Assembly: GCA_919902675.1 (NCBI GenBank)
Contig: CAKKRH010000009.1
Coordinates: forward strand, 21,035 to 85,034
DNA length: 64,000 bases
From: Omnitrophica bacterium GWA2_41_15
Lineage (GTDB): Bacteria; Omnitrophota; Gorgyraeia; Gygaellales; UBA12090
Reading direction: 5' to 3'
Part shown: positions 34,623 to 44,978 of the stretch, one piece after another
Layout of the letters: the number at the start of each line of letters is the position of its first letter
Numbering within the stretch: position 1 is the first letter of the stretch
The notes under the pieces: generated by a model
Told to the model about the DNA's origin: nothing
Databases searched by the model: none
The model's input: the letters and a program-made list of their open reading frames with translations, nothing else
Made by a program: the position numbers and the translations under genes

Positions 34623-36948
34623 TTTCCTTCGCGAATTTGGACTCTTCGACGCCAAAACCGGATATTTTCTCATAGATCTCAACTGCCTTTTGAGTATCCT
34701 CCTTATCCTCGTAAATCTTGGCCGAGCGCAGTAAGCCCTTAATCAGTATTTCACTATCGGCCTCCGGGCTGATAGCCAGATATTCAAGGGCCGCCTCATC
34801 CGGCTGACCGGCCTCCTCCAAACATTCCGCCAGGTTAAATCGCGCTTCAGCCTTTCCTTCAGAACCGCCTTCCTGAAGAACCTTCCGGTAATAAGAGGCC
34901 GCGTCCGGAAAATTACCCGAAGATTTATAGATACCGGCTATCTTAGAATAAACCTTTTGCTTATCGCGCTCTATCTTCTTAAGCGCCTCCAGGGCTTCTT
35001 CGTAACGGCCATCCTTCTCGAAAGCCCGGCCCAACAGGTAATACGCGTCATCCCGCGCTGAACCCTCGCGAGCGCTCTGAATAATATCTAACAGATAACG
35101 CCGGGATAAGTCAAGCTTATTTTCCCGGAAATAATGTTCGGCCAGGCGCCAGAGAACCGCGGATGAAACCTCAGAACTGCTGTATTTAGAACGCAGATAC
35201 TCCAACCTGCTTAAGGCCTCCTCAATCCGGCCCAGAGAATACAAACAATCCGCCATCTCAAACTCCGCCCTGGCTGACAGCTTCGCGTCTTGAGCATCCA
35301 GCTTAGCCGCCTGCTTAAAAATCTCGTAAGCATCCTGAAACCGGCCCAAGGATTTAAGGCCTAACCCCTGAAGGTTAAGCGTCCGGGCCTTATATGGGCT
35401 TTGGGGATAACGCGAGACAAGATTTCTTAACCGCATATAACTGTTTAAGAAATCACCCTGCTCGTAATAAGCCGTTCCCAAATAAAAAGTGATTGCCTCT
35501 ATCGCCGGTGAATCAGGATAATCCCTCAGAATGCCCTCGTAAATACCAATGGCCTTCTTGCTCTCCCCTGATTCCAGGGAAAGGCCGGCAATCTCAGTCA
35601 GCGCCGAAACCTTAAGGCTGTCATCCTTGGAATTCTCCACCAATGAAGATAATTCTTTCAAGGCCTGGCCGGTATCTCCCGATTTTAAGTAACTTAAGGC
35701 CAGTCCATAACTTATCCTATCCGAAAATGAATCACCCGGTTCAGGATTGACACGGCCCTCTGTTTCTTTATACACTGAAATTGACTGAGAATAGTCTCCT
35801 TGCTTATAAAGCGCCTCAGCTTTTCCTATATGCGCCTCTAAGACAATAGCGGCATCCTTAGAGCGGCCGATAAGTTTATCGTAATTTTCTATGGCTTCAG
35901 GAAACTTTAAGCTCATCCCCAAGGCCAGGGCCCGGCCTAAAAGCGCGTTTTCAAAATAACTGCCGCTCTGGGCAGAAAGCGGTTTATCAAAATTTATAAG
36001 TGCCGCGGCATAATCCCCTAATTTCAAATAGCTCCATCCCAAGCCCAAATAAACCGAGTTCTTGAAATCGTCATCACTATCCTGGGCCAGGGCCTGCGTA
36101 TAGTTATCTATAGCGTAAGGATAGTCTTTTAAATAAAAACCGCTTTCGGCTAAATAAAATTTAATCAATCTTTTCCCGGACGCGTCCGAAAGAACCTCCG
36201 GGATATTCCCGGATTTAGCCGAATTTGGCCTTAGATAATAGTTCTTTTCCAGATATTCAGCGTAACTTTTAAGCTGAGAGTAATTCTTTGAGTTGTAAAG
36301 GCACTCGGCAATCTTATAATCCGCCTCTTTTACCAGAATATTCCCGGGAAACTTATCCTTGAAAGCGCTGAATTTATCCTTCGCCTCTTTAAACTTACCC
36401 TGTTCAAATAAACACCAGCCCAGGGAATAATAGGCCTGAGCCGCGTAAGCTGAATCCGGACACTCCAGGGTTAATTTTTCATAAAAATTTGACGCCGAAG
36501 GCATATCCTGGCTTCTAAAATAACTCTCGGCCAGCCAATAATAAATCTTATCCTTATATATTGCCGCGGCTTTTAAGCTTATACTTCGGCCGCTCTGTTC
36601 ACCATCAAGCAGACGATTGAATTGTTCTACTGCTAAAGCGTACTTCTTCTGATTAAAATAACACCTGCCGATATATAAATCCGCTTCCGGCGAAAGCGCG
36701 CTTTGGGGAAATCGCGAGATGAATTTATTTAAAAGGTTAAGGCTGGTATCGTAAAAACCATTCTCAAAAACTCCTATAGCTAAAGAAAGCTCCTCCTGTT
36801 CCTTTTTGTCAGAATCCGTTTCCTGGGCATACACAAAAGTGCAAAATGCAAATATCAAATACCAAAATGACAATGCAAAATGTAAAATTTTTAGATTTTG
36901 ATATGTAATTTTGACTTTTGACTTTTGACTTTTGACTTTTTTACTCAT
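34585..36948 (-). CDS. Secreted multi-TPR repeat protein
   Basis: 787 aa. Signal peptide and TPR/YbgF-like repeats throughout. Lies upstream of the tolQ/exbD-like pair. Confidence 0.8.
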   Translation of the reverse strand: MSKKVKSQKSKVKITYQNLKILHFALSFWYLIFAFCTFVYAQETDSDKKEQEELSLAIGVFENGFYDTSLNLLNKFISRFPQSALSPEADLYIGRCYFNQKKYALAVEQFNRLLDGEQSGRSISLKAAAIYKDKIYYWLAESYFRSQDMPSASNFYEKLTLECPDSAYAAQAYYSLGWCLFEQGKFKEAKDKFSAFKDKFPGNILVKEADYKIAECLYNSKNYSQLKSYAEYLEKNYYLRPNSAKSGNIPEVLSDASGKRLIKFYLAESGFYLKDYPYAIDNYTQALAQDSDDDFKNSVYLGLGWSYLKLGDYAAALINFDKPLSAQSGSYFENALLGRALALGMSLKFPEAIENYDKLIGRSKDAAIVLEAHIGKAEALYKQGDYSQSISVYKETEGRVNPEPGDSFSDRISYGLALSYLKSGDTGQALKELSSLVENSKDDSLKVSALTEIAGLSLESGESKKAIGIYEGILRDYPDSPAIEAITFYLGTAYYEQGDFLNSYMRLRNLVSRYPQSPYKARTLNLQGLGLKSLGRFQDAYEIFKQAAKLDAQDAKLSARAEFEMADCLYSLGRIEEALSRLEYLRSKYSSSEVSSAVLWRLAEHYFRENKLDLSRRYLLDIIQSAREGSARDDAYYLLGRAFEKDGRYEEALEALKKIERDKQKVYSKIAGIYKSSGNFPDAASYYRKVLQEGGSEGKAEARFNLAECLEEAGQPDEAALEYLAISPEADSEILIKGLLRSAKIYEDKEDTQKAVEIYEKISGFGVEESKFAKERLLEIQTLSSKH
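36909..36936. repeat. Tandem heptamer TTTTGAC x4 encoding the Lys-rich N-terminus of the TPR protein
   Basis: Four perfect units. The same heptamer occurs x2 at 43673..43686 inside dapL. Confidence 0.9.
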
Positions 36949-36951
36949 TGC

Positions 36952-39738
36952 TTACGCGTCCAGCGCTTTCTTCAGATAGCTTCCGGTATAAGATTTGTTT
37001 GATTGAGCAATATCCAGCGGCCTCCCGCAAGCAACCACCTCACCACCCAAATCCCCTCCCTCGGGCCCTAAATCAATTATGTAGTCGGCGCGTTTTATCA
37101 CATCAAGATTATGCTCAATTACAATCACGCTGTTGCCTTTATCAACTAAGCGGTGCAAAACAGATAAGAGCTTATCCACATCGGCAAAGTGCAATCCGGT
37201 AGTCGGCTCATCCAGGACATACAAGGTATTCCCAGTTGAGCGCTTGCTCAACTCCGAGGAAAGCTTAATCCTCTGGGCCTCGCCTCCGGAAAGGGTAGTC
37301 GCGGACTGGCCTAACTGAATATATCCTAAACCCACGTCACTAAGGGTATCCAGTATATTTTTTATTTTGGGGATGGAAGAAAAAAACTCTCCCGCCTCCT
37401 CAACCGTCATATTCAGGACATTGGCTATGGTTTTTCCCTTGTAATTGACCTCCAGGGTCTGCTGGTTAAAGCGCTGTCCCTGACAAACATCGCATTTTAC
37501 ATACACGCAGGGGAGAAAATGCATCTCAATTTTCTTTATCCCGTCTCCGGCACAGGCCTCGCATCTGCCGCCTGAGACATTAAAAGAAAATCTGCCCGGC
37601 CGATAACCCCTAACCTTGGCCTCAGGCAGGCTGGAAAAGATATCACGAATATAAGAATAGGCCCCGGTATAAGTAGCCGGATTGGAACGGGGAGTCCTTC
37701 CGATGGGTGATTGATCTACCACAATTACCTTATCAATAAACTGATACCCTTCTATTCTTCTGTGCCGGCCGGATTTAAGCTTGCTCTTATAAAGCCTTTG
37801 CATTAAAGCCGGGTATAAAATGTCATACACCAGGGTAGATTTTCCCGAACCCGACACCCCGCTAACACAGACCAATAATCCCAAGGGTATTTCCACATCT
37901 ATATTTTTAAGATTATGTTCGGCGGCGCCGATAACCTTAAGCGTCTTTTTAGTATTTATCGGCCTGTTGCTTAATTTAGGGCCTATTTTCAGCTCTTTAT
38001 TTAAATACCGCGAGGTTAGCGAATCTTTATTTTTTAGCAATTCCCCGGCCGGGCCGCTAAAGATCACCTCGCCTCCATGCCTGCCCGCGCCCGGGCCCAA
38101 ATCCACCACCCAATCCGCGCCGCGGATAGTTGCCTCATCGTGCTCAACCACTATTAAAGTATTGCCTAATTCTTTAAGCGCCTTAAGGGTGGCCAGAAGC
38201 TTATCATTGTCTCTTTGATGCAGGCCGATACTTGGCTCATCTAAAACATACAAAACTCCCACCAGGCCCATCCCCACCTGAGCCGCCAGACGGATTCTCT
38301 GGGACTCCCCTCCGGAAAGCGTGGAGCTAAGCCGGTCTAAACTTAAATAACCCAAACCTACATCAACACAAAATTTTAGTTTTAAGATTATCTCCTTTAA
38401 AACCTGATGGGCGATAAGCCTCTCTCGTTCTTGCAGCCGCAAAGTCCTAAAAAAATCCATAGCTCGGACAAGGGACATCCCGGTAACCTCATATATGGAT
38501 AAGCCGTTTATTTTAACGCTTAAACTCTCATCTTTAAGGCGCGCTCCCTTACATTTAGGACAAGGCTGGTCCGACATAAAACGGGAAATCTCTTCCTTTA
38601 GATAATCCGACTTGGTTTCTTTAAACAGCCTTTCCAAATGGGGAAGGACCCCTTCATAACGTTTGCCCCAAATCAATTCATCGCTGCCATAGAGAATTAT
38701 CTTTCGCTCTGAAAGGCTTAATTTCTTAAAAGGCTTTTCTGTGTCGATCCGCGAAATCCGGCATAATTCCCTCAAAAAGCCGCGATAATACATAGCATAG
38801 CCTCTGGGGCCCTTTCTCCAGGGCTCGATTGCCTCAATCACCGGCCTCTCTTTATCCGGAATAATAAAATCCGGGTCAAATTCAAATTTCACCCCCAAAC
38901 CGTTACAAGCCGGGCAGGCCCCGTAAGGAGAATTAAACGAAAAAACCCGCGGCTGGACCTCGGCATAACTTATGCCGCATTTCAGGCAGGAATATTCCTG
39001 GTTGTAGAGCTTGTCTCTTTGGCCTGATGAAACTATAACTACCCCCTTGCCAACTTTCAGGGCCGTCTCCAGCGAATCCGCCAGCCTCTTCTTATCCTCA
39101 TCCCTGACTATAAGCCTATCCACCACCGCCTCAATATTGTGGAGCTTATATTTATCCAGATCCGGAAATTCATCTAACCCATAGATGTTCCCATCAACCC
39201 TGACCCGGGCAAAGCCGGCCTTACGCGTCTGGGCCGGAATTTCCCGGTATTGGCCCTTCTTCCCCCTGATTAATGGTGTAAGTATTTCTATTTTCTGATT
39301 CTTCAGCTCAGATAGGCAATCAGCGCTGATTTCATCCAGACTCTGGCGGGTTATCGCCTGTTGGCACTTATAACAATGCACGATCCCGATCCGGGCAAAA
39401 AGAAGCCTTAAGTAATCGTGGATTTCGGTCTGGGTGGCCACGGTGGAACGGGGGCTTCCTCCGGCAGTCCTCTGCTCAATAGAGATAGCCGGCGACAGGC
39501 CCTCAATAGACTCCACATCCGGCTTCTGCAGCTGCTCCAAAAACTGACGGGCGTAACTGGAGAGGCTTTCCACATAGCGGCGCTGGCCTTCGGCGTAAAT
39601 AGTATCAAAGGCCAGAGAAGACTTACCTGAGCCGGATAAGCCGGTAATTACAATCAGTTTATCCCGCGGCAGGCTTAGGTCAATATCTTTCAGGTTATGG
39701 ACCTTGGCCCCGCGGATAATTATTTGGTCATTTGGCAT
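36952..39738 (-). CDS. uvrA: Excinuclease ABC subunit A
   Basis: 928 aa. Two ABC ATPase modules ([23 protein letters not shown]), LSGGE signatures and zinc-finger Cys motifs. Confidence 0.95.
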   Translation of the reverse strand: MPNDQIIIRGAKVHNLKDIDLSLPRDKLIVITGLSGSGKSSLAFDTIYAEGQRRYVESLSSYARQFLEQLQKPDVESIEGLSPAISIEQRTAGGSPRSTVATQTEIHDYLRLLFARIGIVHCYKCQQAITRQSLDEISADCLSELKNQKIEILTPLIRGKKGQYREIPAQTRKAGFARVRVDGNIYGLDEFPDLDKYKLHNIEAVVDRLIVRDEDKKRLADSLETALKVGKGVVIVSSGQRDKLYNQEYSCLKCGISYAEVQPRVFSFNSPYGACPACNGLGVKFEFDPDFIIPDKERPVIEAIEPWRKGPRGYAMYYRGFLRELCRISRIDTEKPFKKLSLSERKIILYGSDELIWGKRYEGVLPHLERLFKETKSDYLKEEISRFMSDQPCPKCKGARLKDESLSVKINGLSIYEVTGMSLVRAMDFFRTLRLQERERLIAHQVLKEIILKLKFCVDVGLGYLSLDRLSSTLSGGESQRIRLAAQVGMGLVGVLYVLDEPSIGLHQRDNDKLLATLKALKELGNTLIVVEHDEATIRGADWVVDLGPGAGRHGGEVIFSGPAGELLKNKDSLTSRYLNKELKIGPKLSNRPINTKKTLKVIGAAEHNLKNIDVEIPLGLLVCVSGVSGSGKSTLVYDILYPALMQRLYKSKLKSGRHRRIEGYQFIDKVIVVDQSPIGRTPRSNPATYTGAYSYIRDIFSSLPEAKVRGYRPGRFSFNVSGGRCEACAGDGIKKIEMHFLPCVYVKCDVCQGQRFNQQTLEVNYKGKTIANVLNMTVEEAGEFFSSIPKIKNILDTLSDVGLGYIQLGQSATTLSGGEAQRIKLSSELSKRSTGNTLYVLDEPTTGLHFADVDKLLSVLHRLVDKGNSVIVIEHNLDVIKRADYIIDLGPEGGDLGGEVVACGRPLDIAQSNKSYTGSYLKKALDA

Positions 39739-40436
39739 CTTTTACACAGAAGCTTTAGCCCCAAGAAAAAGGCCTCACGGACTATTTCCCCGGACATTTT
39801 CGAGGAACCGGCCCTGCGGTCGGTAAAGGTGATAGGTATTTCTTTTAAGCGTAAACCTAACTTCCGGCACCAGAAATTAACTTCAACCTGGAAGGCATAG
39901 CCATTAGATTTAATTAAACTTATCGGCAGGGCCTCTAAGGCTTTGCGGGAAAAACATTTATAACCGCTGGTTAGATCGGTTAACTTTAGCCCGCTCATCA
40001 GGCGGGCGTAGACATTCGCCGCGTAACTTAAAATAAGCCTGGATAACGGCCAGTTCATAATCCTGATTCCATCCAGATAACGCGAGCCGATAACCACATC
40101 CGCGGATTGGACAGCTTCCAGGAAAACAGGGATTTCCTCAGGGTTATGAGAAAAATCGGCATCCATTTCAAAAACATACTCGTAGTTATCGCCCAAGGCA
40201 AACCTAAAACCCTCAATATACGCCGAGCCTAAACCTAACTTCGCGGGGCGCTCTATCAAAAATACTTTTTCTTTATATTTTTCAATCAGGCCAGAGGCCA
40301 TCTCCCTGGTCCCGTCAATAGAATTATCATCTATTATCAGAATATCCGCCTCTAAGTTCAAATTTATAATCTTTTCAACAACCCCCTTTAAATTCTGAGC
40401 CTCATTAAAGGTTGGCAAAATGATGAGTACGCGCAT
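39720..40436 (-). CDS. Polyprenol-phosphate mannose synthase (GT2, DPM1/Ppm1-like)
   Basis: 238 aa. [31 protein letters not shown]. Confidence 0.75.
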   Translation of the reverse strand: MRVLIILPTFNEAQNLKGVVEKIINLNLEADILIIDDNSIDGTREMASGLIEKYKEKVFLIERPAKLGLGSAYIEGFRFALGDNYEYVFEMDADFSHNPEEIPVFLEAVQSADVVIGSRYLDGIRIMNWPLSRLILSYAANVYARLMSGLKLTDLTSGYKCFSRKALEALPISLIKSNGYAFQVEVNFWCRKLGLRLKEIPITFTDRRAGSSKMSGEIVREAFFLGLKLLCKRCQMTK

Positions 40437-40499
40437 AAGAATCTTTTCATAATCCCGGATTTTGAACTTAGCGGGATGATCCTAAAACAGCTCTGATTT

Positions 40500-40548
40500 A
40501 ACCCGGAATTTGCAATAGTAATGGCATTCCTATTGCAAAATCCGGGTT
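40500..40548. mobile_element. MITE-like element, minimal form (inverted-repeat pair only)
   Basis: AACCCGGAATTTGCAATAGTAATGGCATTCCTATTGCAAAATCCGGGTT, flanked by TTTAA on both sides. These are the same termini as 32341..32502. Confidence 0.8.
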
Positions 40549-40614
40549 TAAAAACAAGGACAGTGCCCATTCCTTAATTGACGCGGAAAACTAATGGACA
40601 CTGTCCTTATTTTT

Positions 40615-40866
40615 TTATTTTTTGGACTTCTTCTTTTTCTTACCGCCCCTGACCATCTTGGCGCAGGAGATATCACCCTGTTTATCCACGAAATAGAGAT
40701 AACCGGATTCCTTCTCCACCCCAACCTTGGCCACCTTCTCAGGCTTACCGCCTTTTTTGCCGCCCCTGGCCATCTTGGCGCAGGAGATATCTCCGGCTTT
40801 GTCCACAAAGTAGAGATACCCGTCTTTCCTCTTTATTCCGGCCTTTGCTACTTTTTTTTGTGCCAT
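40615..40866 (-). CDS. Small highly basic protein with two tandem 34-aa repeats, unknown family
   Basis: 83 aa. (K/E)xGYLYFVDKxGDISCAKMxRGGKK occurs twice, followed by a poly-Lys tail. The repeat cores are nearly identical at nucleotide level. Confidence 0.6.
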   Translation of the reverse strand: MAQKKVAKAGIKRKDGYLYFVDKAGDISCAKMARGGKKGGKPEKVAKVGVEKESGYLYFVDKQGDISCAKMVRGGKKKKKSKK

Positions 40867-40928
40867 ATTTTTTCACCTCCCCTCTTTTTTAGTTTTTGCT
40901 GACAATCAATAACTGCTAGCTTCTTTAC

Positions 40929-41744
40929 CTAAGTTCCGATTTTAACCGGTTCAAAAATTTCTTTCAATGCCGCGATTGCCGACAGGACTGCCAGATAACT
41001 GGTCTTGGGATTATCCGGACAAGGGCTGTTTTCACAGCGGATAAAGGTATTTCCGGCCCTGGATTCAATTTCTATCTCATGGATATTCCTGGAATAATCC
41101 GGCGAACAGACAATCTTTACCCGGGTTTTTTCTTTGCCTATTCCGGCCAGGCTTAGGAGCGCGGCCACATTTATATTCTGAGGAAAAAAGGTAACTGCCT
41201 TTTGAGCGCTTCCTTCAAAAATTATGGTCTCTTCTTTTATACTATCCAAATCTATCTTTTTTTGAATCACATAAGGCGCGCCGGAAAGCGCCTGAGGGGA
41301 TTTACGGGTGGTCAAGGTTACCTTTCTGATATCGGTTAATTTATGCGCCTTTAAGGCATCTATCCCGGCAATGGCCCCCGAAGGCAGATATACGGAGCAG
41401 TTTTTTCCCCTGGCTAAATCAAATATATCCCCGGCCCCAAGCAGCCCCCCTGCGCTCATTATCAGACAATCGCGCCTGTTTCTAAGCGCCTGGCGGGCGA
41501 TATCCGCCGCTGAAGCGGCCGATGAAGCCTCAACCACAAGGTCAGACCTTCTGATTAGCCGCGCTAAGCTCAAAACAATTATGTTTTTCTTTCTTAATTT
41601 ACCGGCTAAATCCCGCGCCCTGGCAGGGTCAATATCATATAACGCGCTTAACTTAGCCTTATCTTTTAAATCAGAGCTTATGGCTTCGGCAATCTTTGAA
41701 CCTATGGCCCCACAGCCGACTATCCCGATTCTTTTAAGCTTCAT
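40929..41744 (-). CDS. nadX: L-aspartate dehydrogenase
   Basis: 271 aa. IGIVGCGAIGS Rossmann motif, then PSGAIAGIDAL, FPQNINVAA, NIHEIEI and NPKTS, matching the T. maritima NadX pattern. Confidence 0.85.
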   Translation of the reverse strand: MKLKRIGIVGCGAIGSKIAEAISSDLKDKAKLSALYDIDPARARDLAGKLRKKNIIVLSLARLIRRSDLVVEASSAASAADIARQALRNRRDCLIMSAGGLLGAGDIFDLARGKNCSVYLPSGAIAGIDALKAHKLTDIRKVTLTTRKSPQALSGAPYVIQKKIDLDSIKEETIIFEGSAQKAVTFFPQNINVAALLSLAGIGKEKTRVKIVCSPDYSRNIHEIEIESRAGNTFIRCENSPCPDNPKTSYLAVLSAIAALKEIFEPVKIGT

Positions 41745-41746
41745 TT

Positions 41747-43018
41747 TTAACCAACGACAATGTTATCAATAAGCCTGGTTTTTCCAAAGTATACCGCTAA
41801 GGCAATTAAGGCCTTCTTCTTAACATATTCCAACGGTTCCAATGTTTGGGCGTGCGCGATTATTATATAATCAATTCTTGCTGATTTCTTCCGGCTGATT
41901 TCATTTCTCATCGCGGCGATTATTTTCCCGGCTTTTCTCTCTCCCCTTAAGATCATCTCTTTGGCCTTTTGTAAAGACCGGAACAAAACCAGGGCGTCGG
42001 ACTTTTCCCGCGGGCTTAAATAGACATTACGGGAACTCAAGGCTAAACCGTCGGAATCCCTCACAATCGGCATCACCTTTATTTTTAAAGGCATATTTAA
42101 ATCCTTGACCATCTTCTCAATTACCAATGCCTGCTGAAAATCCTTCTGCCCAAAATAGGCAATATCCGGCCGGATGATGTTAAATAACTTGGCGACAACC
42201 GTGGCTACCCCCCTGAAATGTCCCAGACGGGAAGCGCCGCAAAGATAATCGGTTATTTTTTCCACATTCACATAGGTGGAATATCCCAAATCATACATAT
42301 CTTTTGCCTGAGGATAAAATATACAATCACCTCCGGCGGATTTAGCCAAAATGCTGTCAACTTCTAAATCCCGGGGATATTTCTTATAATCTTCCCGGGG
42401 ACCGAATTGAATAGGATTGACGAATATGCTTACCAAGCAAATATCGCAGTCTTTTTTGGCCTGCCTGATTAAAGAAAGGTGCCCCGAATGCAGATAGCCC
42501 ATAGTGGGAACAAAACCAATAGTTTTACCGCCGGATTTAACCTTGGCGGCGTATTTACGCGTTAAATCAATATCAGAAATAACCTTGACTTCTTTAGCTA
42601 AGGATTTTATCAACGCGGGGGCGATTTCTTTTAAGGGCTTAAGGACAAAATCTCTTTCTTTAAGGCGGGGATGAGGAATTTTTAAGCGGGGCGAGCTTAT
42701 TCTTTTATTGCCGTAAAACAAGATATCCAGGTCAATGGGCCGGGGGGAATTCCTCCTCTTATCTTTCCTGCCCAAATCCGTTTCTATGCCGCTCAACTCT
42801 CCCATAAGGGCCCGCGCGGAGAGATTCGTCTTTACTTTAGCGGTTAAATTCAAAAAACGCGGGCTTCCCGGAGGACAATTACACGGATCAGTTTCGTAAA
42901 TACCGGATATTCTCACTAATTTAGTCTTTTTTAAACTCCCGACGCCTTGAAGCGCTAATCTTATATTTTTCTGTCTGTCGCCTAAATTTGAACCCAACCC
43001 AAGATAACAAATAATCAT
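41747..43018 (-). CDS. Bifunctional HPPK (FolK) / pantoate-beta-alanine ligase (PanC) fusion
   Basis: N-terminal 150 aa: LGLGSNLGDR..IDLDILFY (HPPK). C-terminal: GFVPTMGYLHSGHLSLI..FVNPIQFGP (PanC). Confidence 0.85.
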   Translation of the reverse strand: MIICYLGLGSNLGDRQKNIRLALQGVGSLKKTKLVRISGIYETDPCNCPPGSPRFLNLTAKVKTNLSARALMGELSGIETDLGRKDKRRNSPRPIDLDILFYGNKRISSPRLKIPHPRLKERDFVLKPLKEIAPALIKSLAKEVKVISDIDLTRKYAAKVKSGGKTIGFVPTMGYLHSGHLSLIRQAKKDCDICLVSIFVNPIQFGPREDYKKYPRDLEVDSILAKSAGGDCIFYPQAKDMYDLGYSTYVNVEKITDYLCGASRLGHFRGVATVVAKLFNIIRPDIAYFGQKDFQQALVIEKMVKDLNMPLKIKVMPIVRDSDGLALSSRNVYLSPREKSDALVLFRSLQKAKEMILRGERKAGKIIAAMRNEISRKKSARIDYIIIAHAQTLEPLEYVKKKALIALAVYFGKTRLIDNIVVG

Positions 43019-44178
43019 ACGCGCTTCTGGATTCGTTCCATAGCCTCCTGAACACGTTCTTTAGAAACGGTAAGAGCAAAACGGATATAGCCTTCACCGC
43101 ACTTTCCAAAACCTACTCCGGGGGTAACCACTATATCGCATTTCTCAAGCAGAAGCGCGGCAAAACCCCGGGAATCATAACCTTTAGGCACCGAAACCCA
43201 GACATAAAAGGTGGCTTCGGGTTTAAGGAAATTCCAGCCTATAGACTTTAATCCCGCGCACAGGACATCTCTTCTTTCCTGATAAATCGCGCGCATCTTC
43301 TGAATATGTTCCTGGGGGCCGCTTAAGGCCTCAACTCCGGCAATTTGAATCGCGCTGAAAATCCCGGAGTCAATATTAGACTTAACTTTGGCAATACCTG
43401 ATACTACCTGGGCATTTCCGCATACCCAGCCGATACGCCAGCCGGTCATATTATAAGTCTTGGACAAAGAATGAAATTCCACGCCCGTATCCTTTGCCCC
43501 ATCAACTTCCAGAAAACTCATCGGCCTGTAACCGTCATAGGCAATCTCGGAATAGGCCGCGTCGTGAGCGATGATAATATTATACTTAGAGGCAAAGTCT
43601 ATCGCCTTACGGTAAAATCCGGCGTCCGCGGTTGAGCCGGTAGGATTATTAGGATAATTCAGAAACATCACTTTTGACTTTTGACGCGCCTCAAGAGGGA
43701 TTTTCTTAAAATCCGGCAGGAAATTATTCTTTTCTAAAAGCGGCATATCCTGGACCTTGCCGTCAGAAAGAATAGTAGAACCCCGGTAAGGCGGATAAGA
43801 CGGATTAGGAGACAAAACATAATCCCCCTGGTTAACAAATGCCAGAGGCATATGGGCAATTCCTTCTTTTGAGCCAATCAAAGGCAGGATTTGTGTTTCC
43901 GGATTCAGGTCTACGTTAAAACGCCTTTTATACCAATCGGCAATTGCCTGGCGCAAGACAGGCATGCCCTGGTCCAAGGCATACTTATGATTCCGGGGGT
44001 CCTTAGACGCTTGATATAATTTCTCAATGATGCTGCCTGGCGTGGGCAGATCCGGGTCACCTATTCCCAAATCAATTAAATCCCTTCCCTGCTTTCGGGC
44101 TTCTCTTTTAGCCTTATCAATCTCCACGAATAAATACGGCGGGAGATTCTTCAGCCGTTTAGAAAATCTGATTTCCAT
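43015..44178 (-). CDS. dapL: LL-diaminopimelate aminotransferase-type class I aminotransferase
   Basis: 387 aa. LPPYLFVEIDKAK..LGIGDPDLPTP, with SLSKTYNMTGWRIG as the PLP lysine region. Lies in a dap gene context that lacks dapC/D/E. Confidence 0.7.
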   Translation of the reverse strand: MEIRFSKRLKNLPPYLFVEIDKAKREARKQGRDLIDLGIGDPDLPTPGSIIEKLYQASKDPRNHKYALDQGMPVLRQAIADWYKRRFNVDLNPETQILPLIGSKEGIAHMPLAFVNQGDYVLSPNPSYPPYRGSTILSDGKVQDMPLLEKNNFLPDFKKIPLEARQKSKVMFLNYPNNPTGSTADAGFYRKAIDFASKYNIIIAHDAAYSEIAYDGYRPMSFLEVDGAKDTGVEFHSLSKTYNMTGWRIGWVCGNAQVVSGIAKVKSNIDSGIFSAIQIAGVEALSGPQEHIQKMRAIYQERRDVLCAGLKSIGWNFLKPEATFYVWVSVPKGYDSRGFAALLLEKCDIVVTPGVGFGKCGEGYIRFALTVSKERVQEAMERIQKRV

Positions 44179-44181
44179 TTT

Positions 44182-44895
44182 TTATCCCTTTAGCACATCC
44201 TGCATGGAATACAATCCCACAGGTTTGTTGGCAATCCATTTAGCCGCCTTTAATGACCCCAGGGCAAAGACATCCCGGGAATGAGCCTGGTGCTTTATTT
44301 CAATCCGCTCGCCTCCTCCGGCATAGATAACCGTATGGTCTCCGATGATATCCCCGGCGCGAATAGCGTGCACCGGAATATTTCTTCCTGTATCATTGGC
44401 AATAACCTGGGCCAGCTTCTTGGCTGTTCCCGAGGGAGCGTCTTTTTTAGCCTTGTGATGGGCTTCCACCATCTCAATATCATATCCAGGGCCAAGCTTT
44501 TTGGCAATTTCGCCCACTACGCCAAAAAGAAGGTTTACGCCTACGGACATATTGGGAGAAAATACTATTGCTATGGATTTGGCGGCATCCCGGATTTTAA
44601 CAGTCTGCTCCTCATTAAAACCGGTGGTGGCTAACACCAGAGGTTTATTGTATTGCAAACAATAGGCCAGATTCTCCATAGATGCCTCGGGAATAGTAAA
44701 ATCTATTATCGCGTCTGCAAGGAATATTCCGTCGGGAGTAGAGGAAATTTTAACCTTATCTATGTTCTTGCCGATTAAATGGTGGCCTTTTCTTTCCAAA
44801 GCCAGGATAACTTCCAGCTCCTTGTCATTAAGGGCAAGCTCAATAATCCGCCGGCCCATCCTGCCGCCGGCGCCTAATACACCGAGTTTAATCAT
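44182..44895 (-). CDS. dapB: 4-hydroxy-tetrahydrodipicolinate reductase
   Basis: 237 aa. GAGGRMG Rossmann motif and EAHHKAKKDAPSGTA. Confidence 0.9.
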   Translation of the reverse strand: MIKLGVLGAGGRMGRRIIELALNDKELEVILALERKGHHLIGKNIDKVKISSTPDGIFLADAIIDFTIPEASMENLAYCLQYNKPLVLATTGFNEEQTVKIRDAAKSIAIVFSPNMSVGVNLLFGVVGEIAKKLGPGYDIEMVEAHHKAKKDAPSGTAKKLAQVIANDTGRNIPVHAIRAGDIIGDHTVIYAGGGERIEIKHQAHSRDVFALGSLKAAKWIANKPVGLYSMQDVLKG

Positions 44896-44978
44896 CTCTC
44901 CATCTCCGCTTAGCCTATAGCGTAAAGCGTATAGCGGATAGTTTTTGTTCCTAAACGCTAAACGCTATCCGCTAAACG
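44896..44978. repeat. Intergenic hairpin of AGCGTAA/AGCGGAT-type heptamers (dapA-dapB spacer)
   Basis: tagcgtaaagcgtatagcggatag .. ctaaacgctaaacgctatccgctaaacgcta. Shares the GGATAGC family with the array at 46577..46604. Confidence 0.75.

Noticed and set aside
40548-40902. 86-aa and 102-aa ORFs overlapping the small basic protein gene
   Set aside because: They are alternative frames, or the opposite strand, of the internally duplicated 83-aa gene. I kept the frame giving the repeated YLYFVDK motif and a plausible start. This remains uncertain.
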